DNA from: Alphaproteobacteria bacterium
GTDB taxonomy: Bacteria; Pseudomonadota; Alphaproteobacteria; Bin95
NCBI GenBank assembly: GCA_030833925.1
Contig: JAURGE010000002.1
Location: 65,214 to 129,213, forward strand
Length of the DNA stretch: 64,000 nt
Direction: 5' to 3'
Position numbers and translations under genes: made by a program. This document shows positions 21,437 through 31,136 of this stretch, in pieces. Numbering within the stretch: the first letter of the stretch is position 1; every line of letters begins with the position of its first letter. The notes beneath the pieces were generated by a model. The model searched no databases. It had not been told where the DNA came from and worked only from the letters and a program-made list of their open reading frames with translations.

Positions 21437-22288
21437 ATGAGAACGGCTTTTCTCAGTATGGTCATTGCTACATTTGTTTTTAATAGCAGTGCTGGCGCCC
21501 AAAACATAGGCGCACCGAAGACAGGAAACCCAAATACCGTCATTGCTACTATCAACGGGATTGAGATCCGAATGTCCCGTCTTGAGCAGGCACTGGATGC
21601 TTACGCTAACGACCTGGGTCAACTTGACCCAAAATCTTTTTATTTTGCGGTCTTAGACCGGATAATAGATCAGGAATTAGCAGCTCAGGCGGCTGTGAAG
21701 TCTGGTATTGCTGACGACCCAGCCATCAAAGCTGAGGTAGCCAATGCGCAATCGAGTATTCTCGCCGGAGCGCACCTGAACCACGTTGCTTCTAAGGCAA
21801 CTTCCGATACTGAATTACTTCGAAGTTATGAAGAGATGAAAAAATCGGGCGTTAAATCCGTTCGTGCCCGCCATATCTTGGTAAAGACTTTCGAAGAGGC
21901 TGAAGACCTTATTACCCAGCTTCAAAACGGTGCCGATTTTGGTGAACTTGCAAAGGCCTATTCTGTAGGACCATCGGGTCCAAGTGGTGGCGATCTTGGT
22001 TTCTTTGGACCAGGACAGATGGTGAAACCATTTCAAGACGCTGCCTTCAGTCTAGAAAAGGGAGCCCACACTATTTCTCCTGTCAAAACACGTTTTGGCT
22101 TCCATGTTATTAAAGTGGAGGATATACGCTCAGAATCCCCTCCACCCTTCGAACAAGCAAAACAGCAGCTTGTGCAGGAAGCGCGAACCCAGGCCATGAT
22201 TAAAGAGCTTGAAGTCTTGCATTCCACAGCAGAGATCCGCCGCTTTGCTCCCGACGGCAGTGAAGTTGGCCCTAACAAAAACCCTTAG
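21437..22288 (+). CDS. Parvulin-type peptidyl-prolyl cis-trans isomerase, secreted.
   Basis: 283 aa with an N-terminal signal peptide and a PpiC/parvulin domain (ARHILV...GGDLGFF...FGFHVIKVE). Confidence 0.8.
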   Translation: MRTAFLSMVIATFVFNSSAGAQNIGAPKTGNPNTVIATINGIEIRMSRLEQALDAYANDLGQLDPKSFYFAVLDRIIDQELAAQAAVKSGIADDPAIKAEVANAQSSILAGAHLNHVASKATSDTELLRSYEEMKKSGVKSVRARHILVKTFEEAEDLITQLQNGADFGELAKAYSVGPSGPSGGDLGFFGPGQMVKPFQDAAFSLEKGAHTISPVKTRFGFHVIKVEDIRSESPPPFEQAKQQLVQEARTQAMIKELEVLHSTAEIRRFAPDGSEVGPNKNP

Positions 22289-22307
22289 CTAACTTAGAGA
22301 AACAGTC

Positions 22308-23540
22308 ATGCTCAAAAAGTCCCCATTAGCGCCAGAAATAACGCCAAAGCTCCCTACTATTGATGGTGTGCAGATTGCTACCATGAATAGCGGCATTCGT
22401 TACAAAGGCCGTGACGACGTAATGCTGATGGTATTCGATAAGGGCTCAGTCATGGCAGGTGTGGTAACCAAGTCAAAGACGCGGTCTGCTCCGGTAGAAC
22501 ATTGTGTAGAGGCTTTAAAAGCGGGAGGGAGCGCGCGAGCCTTAGTCGTTAATGCTGGCAATGCAAATGCCTTTACAGGCAAGGCAGGCGACGCAGTTGT
22601 CAAGGAAACAGTAAAAGCAGCAACCGTGGCACTTGGGTGCCGGCAGAGGGACGTCTACGTATCCTCTACAGGCGTAATTGGGCAGCCCATTGAATTGGGC
22701 GCTATTCCCGCTTGCGTAAGCAAACTTGCCACTCAATTAAAGCCAGAGGGATGGGAAAAGGCCGCCTCGGCCATAATGACCACCGATACTTTTGTTAAGG
22801 TGGCAACTGCAAGAGCTAAGATTGGTGGCAGACAGGTTGTTCTAAACGGCATCGTCAAAGGTTCAGGCATGATTGCCCCTGATATGGCGACTATGTTGGG
22901 CTACATAGCAACCGACGCAAAAATACCCCAACCAATTCTGCAAACTCTTCTCTCTCGAGCGGTCGAAAAAAGTTTCAATTGCATAACCGTTGATAGCGAT
23001 ACCTCTACCTCTGATACAGTTCTCCTAGCCGCAACAGGCAAAGCAGGTAACGTTGTTCCCAAAACTGCTGGCGATCCTTTACTTAGAGAATTTAGGAACG
23101 CTTTGTTGGAAATTTGTCATGATCTTGCACAGCAGGTGGTCAGAGACGGAGAAGGTGCAAGCAAGTTTATTACTGTCCAAGTGGCAGGAGCAACTTCAGC
23201 AGGGGCAGCTAAAACTATTGGCCTTGCTATCGCTAATTCTCCCTTAGTGAAAACCGCTATCGCTGGAGAAGACGCTAACTGGGGCCGGATAGTAATGGCC
23301 GTCGGCAAGTCTGGAGCTCGAGCAGAGCGGGATAAACTTCGCATTTGGATTGGTGGTGTGGAGATCACCGCCAAAGGTATGGTCGTTGAAGGGTACGACG
23401 AGGCCCCCGTCGCTGAGCATATGAAGGGCAAGGACATCGATATAAAAGTCGATATCGGACTTGGCCGCGGTTCTGCTACTGTTTGGACTTGCGATCTTAC
23501 CCACGGATATATCGATATAAACGCGGATTATCGAAGTTGA
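22308..23540 (+). CDS. argJ: Bifunctional ornithine acetyltransferase / N-acetylglutamate synthase.
   Basis: 410 aa with an ATMLGYIATDA autoprocessing-region motif and the ArgJ fold pattern. Confidence 0.9.
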   Translation: MLKKSPLAPEITPKLPTIDGVQIATMNSGIRYKGRDDVMLMVFDKGSVMAGVVTKSKTRSAPVEHCVEALKAGGSARALVVNAGNANAFTGKAGDAVVKETVKAATVALGCRQRDVYVSSTGVIGQPIELGAIPACVSKLATQLKPEGWEKAASAIMTTDTFVKVATARAKIGGRQVVLNGIVKGSGMIAPDMATMLGYIATDAKIPQPILQTLLSRAVEKSFNCITVDSDTSTSDTVLLAATGKAGNVVPKTAGDPLLREFRNALLEICHDLAQQVVRDGEGASKFITVQVAGATSAGAAKTIGLAIANSPLVKTAIAGEDANWGRIVMAVGKSGARAERDKLRIWIGGVEITAKGMVVEGYDEAPVAEHMKGKDIDIKVDIGLGRGSATVWTCDLTHGYIDINADYRS

Positions 23541-23950
23541 CAATCGAGGGGCTACCAACCCTGCTTGTCGTTGCAGTCGCGCTAATTGACCGAGATAGCC
23601 GAGTTCTGCTGACAGAGCGTCCTAAAGGCAAAAACATGGAAGGCCTTTGGGAATTTCCAGGTGGCAAAGTGGATAAAGGGGAGACCCCAGAAGCAGCACT
23701 TATTCGGGAACTTCAGGAAGAGTTAGGAGTGGATACAGAAACTTCCTGCCTTGCTCCCTTCACCTTTGCCAGTCATACCTATGAGAAATTTCACCTACTT
23801 ATGCCTCTTTATGTTTGCAGAGTCTGGAAAGGGATACCAGTGGGCAAGGAAGGCCAGCGTCTTTCTTGGGTAAGGCCGAATGAAATGAAAAATTACCCGA
23901 TGCCACCGGCCGACAAACCACTAGTTGCGATGCTTCGGGATCTTTTATGA
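23537..23950 (+). CDS. mutT: 8-oxo-dGTP diphosphatase, Nudix hydrolase.
   Basis: Carries the Nudix box GGKVDKGETPEAALIRELQEELGV. A probable TTG start overlaps the argJ TGA stop (TTGA), giving about 138 aa. The track ORF from the ATG at 23483 would overlap argJ by 58 nt. Confidence 0.75.
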   Translation: MTIEGLPTLLVVAVALIDRDSRVLLTERPKGKNMEGLWEFPGGKVDKGETPEAALIRELQEELGVDTETSCLAPFTFASHTYEKFHLLMPLYVCRVWKGIPVGKEGQRLSWVRPNEMKNYPMPPADKPLVAMLRDLL

Positions 23951-24669
23951 AACTCGGAGAAGTTTTCATTTCAGAATTTTTTCAAGGCCCCACAGGGAGG
24001 GGTCAAGGAGGCTGGACCGCTAGCCGCTTTGCACGTTTTCTGAGTGGCCCACAAACGATCGCTCTTAAGGCCCCGATCCCTCTAAATCAAACTCTCGACG
24101 TAAACCTTATGGACAGTGGCGCAGAGCTTGTAGAAGCAAAAACTGGGCAAATAATCATGCAAGCTCGTCCATGGACTCCAAAATTCCCAAGAACAACATC
24201 AATTCCAATACCTGAAGCAGTCCTTGCTAAGAAAGGGTTTCTCTTCCGAGATAAAAAACATCCTGTACCAAACTGCTTTTCTTGCGGTCTCGAAGAGCAC
24301 GCTATGGGCGTTCATCCCGGACCCCTATATGACGGACGTGTGGCAGTTGACTGGAGCGTACCAAAATGGGCAGTCAGTAAGGATGGCAAGATTGACGATG
24401 GCTGTCTGTGGGCAGCTCTAGACTGCGCTTCAGGGTTTTATGTAGCAAGCGATGGTGCAGTGCGTCTCTCTTTTACCGCACAGTATGCCGTAAATATTAT
24501 TCAGCCCCTCCAAGAGGATGAGACGTACGCTTTAATCGCCTGGGAAGGTGAAGGGCCTGCTCACTGGGAAGGTCGGAAACGTAACGCCGCTGCTGTCGCG
24601 TTTGACAGCAAAGGTGAGTTGGTTGGGCAGGCCGTTTCGTTTTGGATTGCAGCCAAAGAACAGGACTAG
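23947..24669 (+). CDS. Conserved hypothetical protein of 240 aa.
   Basis: Its ATGA start overlaps the mutT stop. The protein is soluble with no recognisable catalytic motif. A weak hotdog/thioesterase-like impression is low confidence. Confidence 0.55.
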   Translation: MKLGEVFISEFFQGPTGRGQGGWTASRFARFLSGPQTIALKAPIPLNQTLDVNLMDSGAELVEAKTGQIIMQARPWTPKFPRTTSIPIPEAVLAKKGFLFRDKKHPVPNCFSCGLEEHAMGVHPGPLYDGRVAVDWSVPKWAVSKDGKIDDGCLWAALDCASGFYVASDGAVRLSFTAQYAVNIIQPLQEDETYALIAWEGEGPAHWEGRKRNAAAVAFDSKGELVGQAVSFWIAAKEQD

Positions 24670-24670
24670 A

Positions 24671-25783
24671 CTACCAGCCGTTTACCCGCTTCCACTGTCC
24701 AGTTAAATGACCGTTCTCAATAATATGATAACCAGGATATGCAGCGGCAGTGAAACAGGCATGATTAGGGAAAACGCGAACCTGCTTCCCGACTGGCAAG
24801 CGCTCAAACCAGATATTATCAGCAACATCGATCTTGCCGTGCTCCTGACTAACAGCATCGACCACGAGCCCGAGAGGTGCGACAGTCTCAGCATCAACAA
24901 CATGGCCATACCCTGCTCCTGGCAGGAAGCCATGCGCGCTAATATCCTTTGATAGAGCCAACCCCCCTGCATCTACCAAAACTCTTCCGGCTTCTCGGTT
25001 ATGACCTATGACCGTAGTTAATACAGAAAGTGCTAAGTCGTCATAAGAACAAACACCTCGAGACATTTGATCGAGGTCAAAAGGCATAAAGACGCCTGCC
25101 CTGAGTTCAGTAACTCCTTCAAAGCTCTCTCCAAAAGCAACCGTAGGCGTTGAGCCGATACTTACTGTGGGTGCAGAATAACCAGCAGACCGAAGACGGA
25201 CAGCTGCCGCAACTGCGGAAGCCCTCTCTACCTCTGCTATTTTCTTTATTTCAGTTAGATCATCAGTACCATAACTGTGCCCCGCATGTGTGAGCACACC
25301 CGCGACAGTGTTGCCCCCATCAGATATCGCATTTGCAACAGCTAAAAGATGTGGGCTCTCAACCGGCAGCCCTCCCCGTTTATCACCACAATCTATTTCG
25401 ATTAAAAACTCCAATCCCAAACCTGCAGCGGAATGAGCAACACTGGTCGAATCCGTTAACAATTTTAAATCAACACCTGACGATGCTAGCCGTTTCGCTC
25501 TGGACAGCTTACCGGGTGCTATTCCAACCGCATACAAAATGTCTCGAAAACCAGCTGCAGCGAAATGCTCAGCCTCTGCAAGGGTAGAAACAGTAATTGG
25601 CCCTCCCTCTCCAACCACAAGACGCGCGGCATCAATAGATTTTAGTGTTTTCAAATGAGGTCGCAGAACTACACCATGTTTGACCGCAATAGCTGTAAAG
25701 CGGGCAATGTTTTGCTCGAGCCTCGCTAAGTCAAGCAAAAGGCAGGGAGTCTCAAGTTCCAAAAATTCATGAGTCATATTCAT
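24671..25783 (-). CDS. PLP-dependent alanine-racemase-fold enzyme, D-serine dehydratase-like (DSD1 / D-threonine aldolase / D-3-hydroxyaspartate dehydratase family).
   Basis: 370 aa with an N-terminal alanine-racemase-like TIM barrel carrying a PLP-lysine region (VLRPHLKTLKS) and a C-terminal beta domain. Confidence 0.72.
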   Translation of the reverse strand: MNMTHEFLELETPCLLLDLARLEQNIARFTAIAVKHGVVLRPHLKTLKSIDAARLVVGEGGPITVSTLAEAEHFAAAGFRDILYAVGIAPGKLSRAKRLASSGVDLKLLTDSTSVAHSAAGLGLEFLIEIDCGDKRGGLPVESPHLLAVANAISDGGNTVAGVLTHAGHSYGTDDLTEIKKIAEVERASAVAAAVRLRSAGYSAPTVSIGSTPTVAFGESFEGVTELRAGVFMPFDLDQMSRGVCSYDDLALSVLTTVIGHNREAGRVLVDAGGLALSKDISAHGFLPGAGYGHVVDAETVAPLGLVVDAVSQEHGKIDVADNIWFERLPVGKQVRVFPNHACFTAAAYPGYHIIENGHLTGQWKRVNGW

Positions 25784-26943
25784 TTTGTAAAGTCCTGGCG
25801 CCTAGACGCTAGTTGAGTCCTAACTTCATCATTGTGCTGCCCGAGAGTAGGAGCTGCACGACGAACACCCCCAGGAGTTTTTTTAAGTTTTATCGGTGTA
25901 CCCAGCGTATGCCCTGATCCTGCTTTTGGGTGGTCGACAGCTGCCACCATGTCTCGGGCCAAAATATGTGGATCGGAGAGGGTCTCAAGGTGATTCATTA
26001 CTGGCCCACATGGGATGCCAAGAGCGTCCAAACGCTCGAACCAATGCTGTGTCTTCTCCTTCTGGAAATAAGGTGCAAGTAGGTCCGCTAACTCTTGTTG
26101 ACGGCCAACACGATCCTTTTTTTCAAGGAATCGAGGATCTGAGATTAGATGATCAGCTCCAATAACCTCACAGGTTTGCTCCCAAAATTTTTGTTGAGAT
26201 GCACCTAACGCTAGCCACCCATCCATGGTCGGAAAAATTTGATATGGCGCTGAACCTCTGTGCCCTTGGCCCAATCGCTCCGGCTTTTGGCCTGTAGCGA
26301 AAACATTCGCAGCTTCATAAACACACATAGAGAGAGCGGAGTCTAAAAGGCTCACATCCACTTGTTGTCCTTCACCTGATTTATTTCGGTGCTGAAGAGC
26401 CGTTAATACCCCAATTGCGCCATTCATACCTGCAGCCACGTCAGATATAGCGATTGGGATACGATAAGGTCCTCCCTCAGGCGGTCCATTTATGGTCATC
26501 AAGCCCGACATTGCTTGAGCTACAAGATCAAAACCACCCCGGCGACTGTAGGGCCCGGTCTGTCCAAAACCAGATATAGAACAATATATTAATTTCGGGT
26601 TCAGAGCCGCCATGGCTTCATAACCTATCCCTATACGCTCAGCGACGCCTGGTCGAAAATTCTCAATCATCACGTCTGCCGTCTCAACAAGTGCCTTTGC
26701 TGTTGCAAGATCGGTCGGATTCTTTAAATCGAGTTCGATTGATCGCTTGTTGCGGTTCCAAAGCATAAATGGCGCCCCTTCGCCATTCACATGTGGAGGA
26801 CTTTGGCGGAGGTCATCGCCTTTTCCAGGACGTTCAACTTTTATGACGTCTGCACCTTGATCAGCCAAGATCATCGCGCAGTAAGGCCCTGAGAGGTGAT
26901 TAGTAAAGTCAATAACAACAAGTCCTTCAAGAGCGCCAAACAT
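25780..26943 (-). CDS. Family III CoA-transferase (CaiB/BaiF family).
   Basis: Contains the motif VIDFTNHLSGPYCAMILADQGADVIKVERP. The start is assigned to the internal Met because the 56-codon N-terminal extension in the track ORF lacks homology. Confidence 0.8.
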   Translation of the reverse strand: MFGALEGLVVIDFTNHLSGPYCAMILADQGADVIKVERPGKGDDLRQSPPHVNGEGAPFMLWNRNKRSIELDLKNPTDLATAKALVETADVMIENFRPGVAERIGIGYEAMAALNPKLIYCSISGFGQTGPYSRRGGFDLVAQAMSGLMTINGPPEGGPYRIPIAISDVAAGMNGAIGVLTALQHRNKSGEGQQVDVSLLDSALSMCVYEAANVFATGQKPERLGQGHRGSAPYQIFPTMDGWLALGASQQKFWEQTCEVIGADHLISDPRFLEKKDRVGRQQELADLLAPYFQKEKTQHWFERLDALGIPCGPVMNHLETLSDPHILARDMVAAVDHPKAGSGHTLGTPIKLKKTPGGVRRAAPTLGQHNDEVRTQLASRRQDFTK

Positions 26944-27024
26944 CCATAGAGCCTCCTCAATAAAGTCGTTATGTTGGGGTCCTAGAAACTTTAAATGCAA
27001 TAAATTTTTGGACCAGAAAGTCTT

Positions 27025-27801
27025 ATGCCTGAAATCAAAACCAATATCCGTGAAGACGGTGTAGCAATCGTCACAATCCATCACCCTGAGCGAAGGAATG
27101 CTTGTACGCAAGACATGTGGGAAGCGTTAGGCAAGGTATTCACAGAACTTCCCAAAAATCCTCAGACACGCGCCATTGTATTGACGGGCACGGGAGACCA
27201 TTTTTGCGCTGGAGCTGACATAAGCGAGTTTTCTAAAGCTCGGAATGATGCCAAGGCAGCGGCCAATTATTCGCGACATGTAGATAATGCTGAAACAGCA
27301 ATCCATCATGCGCCAATGCCTGTGATCGCAGCCATTCGGGGATCGGCTATCGGTGGTGGCTGTGGCTTAGCAGTCGCATGTGACTTTAGGATTGGTGACG
27401 AAAAAACACGAATGGGTATTCCAGCAGCACGCCTTTCCGTCGTTTATTCGCTTAAGGAGACTCAGGTATTATCCGAAGTGGTTGGTGCAAAGAATGCTAA
27501 GCGCATTCTGTTCTCAGGCGACTATTTCGATGCAGAAGGATCCGTCCGTCTTGGTCTTCTTGATGAGATCGTCGACGACCCACTCCAAAGCGCTATTGAT
27601 TATGCCAGTCACATCGCCGAACGTGCACCAATGTCCGTTAAAGGTGCCAAGCTGGCCATTAATGCCATAGCCTCTGGGGCAATGGAAAACGTGCACGATG
27701 AATACGAACTCCTGCGGGACAGAGCTGCGGACTCTCTTGACTATGCAGAGGGCCAACGCGCTTTTTTGGAAAAGCGCAAGCCACGTTTTCAAGGCCGATA
27801 A
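27025..27801 (+). CDS. Enoyl-CoA hydratase/isomerase of the crotonase family.
   Basis: 258 aa with AIVLTGTGDHFCAGADISEF, the crotonase oxyanion-hole signature. Confidence 0.85.
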   Translation: MPEIKTNIREDGVAIVTIHHPERRNACTQDMWEALGKVFTELPKNPQTRAIVLTGTGDHFCAGADISEFSKARNDAKAAANYSRHVDNAETAIHHAPMPVIAAIRGSAIGGGCGLAVACDFRIGDEKTRMGIPAARLSVVYSLKETQVLSEVVGAKNAKRILFSGDYFDAEGSVRLGLLDEIVDDPLQSAIDYASHIAERAPMSVKGAKLAINAIASGAMENVHDEYELLRDRAADSLDYAEGQRAFLEKRKPRFQGR

Positions 27802-27859
27802 ATAAAAGTGACCGGAAGGCCGAGGAAGGCCAGAGCCATATTATCAAAGGGGTGCAACA

Positions 27860-28744
27860 ATGGAGCGCGTAATAGCATACGAAAACCTCCGCGGCCTGGT
27901 TTACTCACCATTCTACATAGGGCTTGCCGAGGGCCTCTTTGAGCAAGCGGGAGTGGAGTTACTAGCCTCACTCTCTCCCTCTGGAGAAGAAACTCTGGCT
28001 GGCGCTGCAGCTGGTCGCGTTGAAATTGCCTGGGGCGGCCCGATGCGCGTTATGAGAGATCACGATCGCAACACTAACAGTAATCTTGTGTGTTTTGGGC
28101 TCGCTGTGCAGCGGGATCCCTTTCTGATAATCGGTGCAGAGCCAGATCCAGATTTCACGATAGCAAACCTTCCTACAAGGAGACTTGCTGTTGCAACCGA
28201 GGCACCAACCCCCTGGCTTTTATTACAAGAAGACGTTCGCCGGCTCGGTTTTGACCCAACATCAATCGAACTCACCGACCCGGTTAATCCAATCGATGCC
28301 CTTGAAGGGTTAGCAAATAGTCGCTTTGACTACGTCCTAGCCTTTGAGCCATGGGGGTCAAAAGCAGAGTTTGAAGGTACCGGGAGTGTGTTGTCTGTGG
28401 GCGCACGACGTGGCCCTCTTGCCTTTACAAGCTTTTATGGGTCTCGCGACTTTGTAATAAAAAGGCCAACCGCTGTTAGCGCCCTTTTAAGGGGCCTTAG
28501 CCTATCTCTCGCTCGTATAAACAGCATGGAATCAGAGGAAGCCGCATCCAAAGTGAAGGCATGGTTCCAAGAATTTGATGAACCCTTGCTTGCCGCGGCT
28601 ATCAGCCGATACCAGCGGCTCAACATTTGGCCATCAGACACTAAAATAACTGTTGATGGCTTCGTTCGTCTTAAATCTGCTCTGATTTCTGGCGGCTTCA
28701 TTCAAAGCGATACCGCATACGATAGAGTCATTGTGGAAATTTAA
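27860..28744 (+). CDS. NMT1/THI5-like (SsuA/ThiY-like periplasmic-binding-fold) domain protein lacking a signal peptide.
   Basis: 294 aa with a fold-type pattern (YIGLAEGLFEQAGVEL...) similar to NMT1/THI5 proteins. It has no N-terminal signal and no adjacent ABC transporter genes. Confidence 0.5.
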   Translation: MERVIAYENLRGLVYSPFYIGLAEGLFEQAGVELLASLSPSGEETLAGAAAGRVEIAWGGPMRVMRDHDRNTNSNLVCFGLAVQRDPFLIIGAEPDPDFTIANLPTRRLAVATEAPTPWLLLQEDVRRLGFDPTSIELTDPVNPIDALEGLANSRFDYVLAFEPWGSKAEFEGTGSVLSVGARRGPLAFTSFYGSRDFVIKRPTAVSALLRGLSLSLARINSMESEEAASKVKAWFQEFDEPLLAAAISRYQRLNIWPSDTKITVDGFVRLKSALISGGFIQSDTAYDRVIVEI

Positions 28745-28752
28745 CCCGACAG

Positions 28753-29634
28753 TCAAAGTTTGCCATGAGGCCCACTCCGACGAAACGCGAGCTCATAAAA
28801 TGCCTTAAAGATATCGCTGTTCATATTGGCTAAGGCTTCAAAAGCTTGAAAGTGGTGGCTATTCGGTATTCTCATGTACCGCACTTCAACATCTGTGTGG
28901 GCCCAGGCTTGCTTGAGATGGTCTGCTTGTTCATGGAATGCAGCGCTCTCATTTGCACCAACCGCCGCAATAAATGGTAAACCACCGCACGGTTTCTGAT
29001 GAACCGGGCTCAGTTCACGGGCGCTTTGCGGCGTCATACCAACATTATCATTGATCGTGGTCTTCGTTAACGGAGATAAATCGAAGATGCCGGAAATTGA
29101 TAAGGCTCCCTTGAACACTTGTTCTGGCGCTTGAGCGTTGAACGCTTTCCATGGCGTGCAGACCATCATCGCTGCCAGATGGCCACCTGCAGAATGACCG
29201 GCGACATACATATGATCGCGCGCGAACAAAAGGTCTTCGGCTCTGTGCCAAAGCCAGAGGGAGGCACGTTGAATTTCATCCACTATACCTTCAAGAGTGA
29301 TCGCCGGACACAAGGTGTAGTTCAGCACCGCTACAGAACAACCAGCATCGCAAAGGGCGCGCGCCGCAAAGCTATTGTCACGTTTGTCCATCGCCTGCCA
29401 ATAGCCGCCGTGGATCAAGACCACCAGCGGCGACGGTGACGGGTTTTGTCTAACTGGAGGGAAGAAATCAAGCGTTTCCCCGGATTTTTTGCCATAGGCT
29501 AAATCCAGTTTTGCTTGTGGACGTTCTTGTCTATAGGCATCAGACCACATTCGCCAGTTTGCAAAAACGCTCATATGGTCGGGAATCGCGGCACGTATGT
29601 TGTAGAGACGTTCCTGTACAGGATCGATTGCCAT
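28753..29634 (-). CDS. Alpha/beta hydrolase (esterase / arylformamidase-like).
   Basis: 293 aa with VVLIHGGYW and GHSAGGHLAA motifs. Confidence 0.75.
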   Translation of the reverse strand: MAIDPVQERLYNIRAAIPDHMSVFANWRMWSDAYRQERPQAKLDLAYGKKSGETLDFFPPVRQNPSPSPLVVLIHGGYWQAMDKRDNSFAARALCDAGCSVAVLNYTLCPAITLEGIVDEIQRASLWLWHRAEDLLFARDHMYVAGHSAGGHLAAMMVCTPWKAFNAQAPEQVFKGALSISGIFDLSPLTKTTINDNVGMTPQSARELSPVHQKPCGGLPFIAAVGANESAAFHEQADHLKQAWAHTDVEVRYMRIPNSHHFQAFEALANMNSDIFKAFYELAFRRSGPHGKL

Positions 29635-29655
29635 GTCGTGAATCCTTGCTGAACA

Positions 29656-30999
29656 TTAAACTTCCAAACCAGGTTCCTTTATGGAAGTCACGCGAGTACG
29701 CCAGGTGTCAGGGTATGAAATCAAAAGCCAAATCAGCAATAGAATACCTGGAATTGCAGCCGCAGCCGTTGCTAACGAGAAATTAGCCCAACCAAGCTCA
29801 CTAGCTAAATATCCAGCTGGTGCAACCAGAACCTTTGGTGAAAAGGCCATAATCGAGGTTAGAAGCGCAAACTGAGCTGCCGTGTGCCGCGGATCGCAGA
29901 GACGCATGAGAAAAGCTATAAATGCCGTCTGCCCAAGTCCTCCCGCAAACGCTTCAATGCCAACGACCCATCCCAGCAAACTAGCATCTGCCCCCTCGCC
30001 GGCAGCTAAGTGTTGCTGCCCAACGACTGCTAGGCGCCAAAAAGCTAAGTTAGACAAACCTTGGAGGACACCCGCAATTAATAAGGTTCGACCAAGACCA
30101 AGTGCACCAACCAACAAACCACCAACGAATATGCCCACCATCATTGCCCAGAAGCCAAAAAGCTTACCCATGTTGGCAATAGTCGACTTATCATAATTGA
30201 GATCTACGAAAAGAGCGCCCATCATCTGGCTCAATAGGGCGTCACCAAACTTATAAAGAAGCACAAAAAGCAATAAAACTATCCAGCCATCCCTTCGGCT
30301 AAATTCGGCTAATGGCGCCCAGTAAGTCTCACCGAATATTGACGAGAGAGAGCCTGAAATTGTGACTTTTGGCTCATTCTTAGGGCTTGGAGCTAAAAGA
30401 ATAGCGATGATGCCAACGCACAACGTCAAAGCTGTTAAAACATACGCTAGTCCCCAATCTAAATATTCAGCCAGATAGAGGGTTCCAACTGTCGACATTA
30501 ACATGCCAACGCGAAACCCATACACAGCCATTGCTGCACCAGCTCCGTATTCCTGTTCATCCAGAATTTCTATCCGATAGGCATCAATTGCTATGTCCTG
30601 AGTCGCCGAAAGAGATGCGACAGCAATCGCAACAAAAGCAATCCACCAGATCGAGGTATCGGTCGGTGGAATCAAACCCATTACTGAAATCGCAATGATT
30701 AGTAGAAAATGGACGGCTAACATCCATCCTCGCCGACGACCAAAAACCCTGGTCAGGATTGGTAACGGCAATCGGTCGAGCAAAGGCGCCCAAATGAATT
30801 TTAGTGAATATGGAATCCCAACTAGCGAAAATAATCCTATCGCGGCAAGATCAATTCCAGCCTCTCGCAAGCGAATAGTCAGCGTTGAGCCAGTTAGAAG
30901 TAATGGCAAGCCGCTTGCAAAGCCGAGCGTTAGGACCAGAAGCAATTTTGGCCTAAAATAAAGCTGGATCAAATTTTTTACTTCACCGGAGATTATCAC
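29656..30999 (-). CDS. ampG: AmpG-family MFS permease, a muropeptide transporter.
   Basis: 447 aa with multi-pass membrane topology and an AmpG-like N-terminal motif GLPLLLTGSTL...IPYSLKFIWAPLLDR. Confidence 0.72.
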   Translation of the reverse strand: MIISGEVKNLIQLYFRPKLLLVLTLGFASGLPLLLTGSTLTIRLREAGIDLAAIGLFSLVGIPYSLKFIWAPLLDRLPLPILTRVFGRRRGWMLAVHFLLIIAISVMGLIPPTDTSIWWIAFVAIAVASLSATQDIAIDAYRIEILDEQEYGAGAAMAVYGFRVGMLMSTVGTLYLAEYLDWGLAYVLTALTLCVGIIAILLAPSPKNEPKVTISGSLSSIFGETYWAPLAEFSRRDGWIVLLLFVLLYKFGDALLSQMMGALFVDLNYDKSTIANMGKLFGFWAMMVGIFVGGLLVGALGLGRTLLIAGVLQGLSNLAFWRLAVVGQQHLAAGEGADASLLGWVVGIEAFAGGLGQTAFIAFLMRLCDPRHTAAQFALLTSIMAFSPKVLVAPAGYLASELGWANFSLATAAAAIPGILLLIWLLISYPDTWRTRVTSIKEPGLEV

Positions 31000-31136
31000 G
31001 CCCTACCCCCATCAAAGCCAGCGAATGCAGGCCGAGCATGTGTTTGAAGTAATGCGCAAAAACGATGCTTAGCAAGCAAAGACCAGAGGATGGAAAGACC
31101 CTGATCGCGCATGACCCAGTGCAGAAGCGCTTCCTC

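Noticed and set aside
25780-27111. A 56-aa N-terminal extension of the CaiB-family CoA-transferase (Cys/Asp-rich MDCDDCYTVF...).
   Set aside because: It has no homology support. The conserved CoA-transferase N-terminus starts at the internal Met (26943). The extension would also nearly abut the divergent enoyl-CoA hydratase start.
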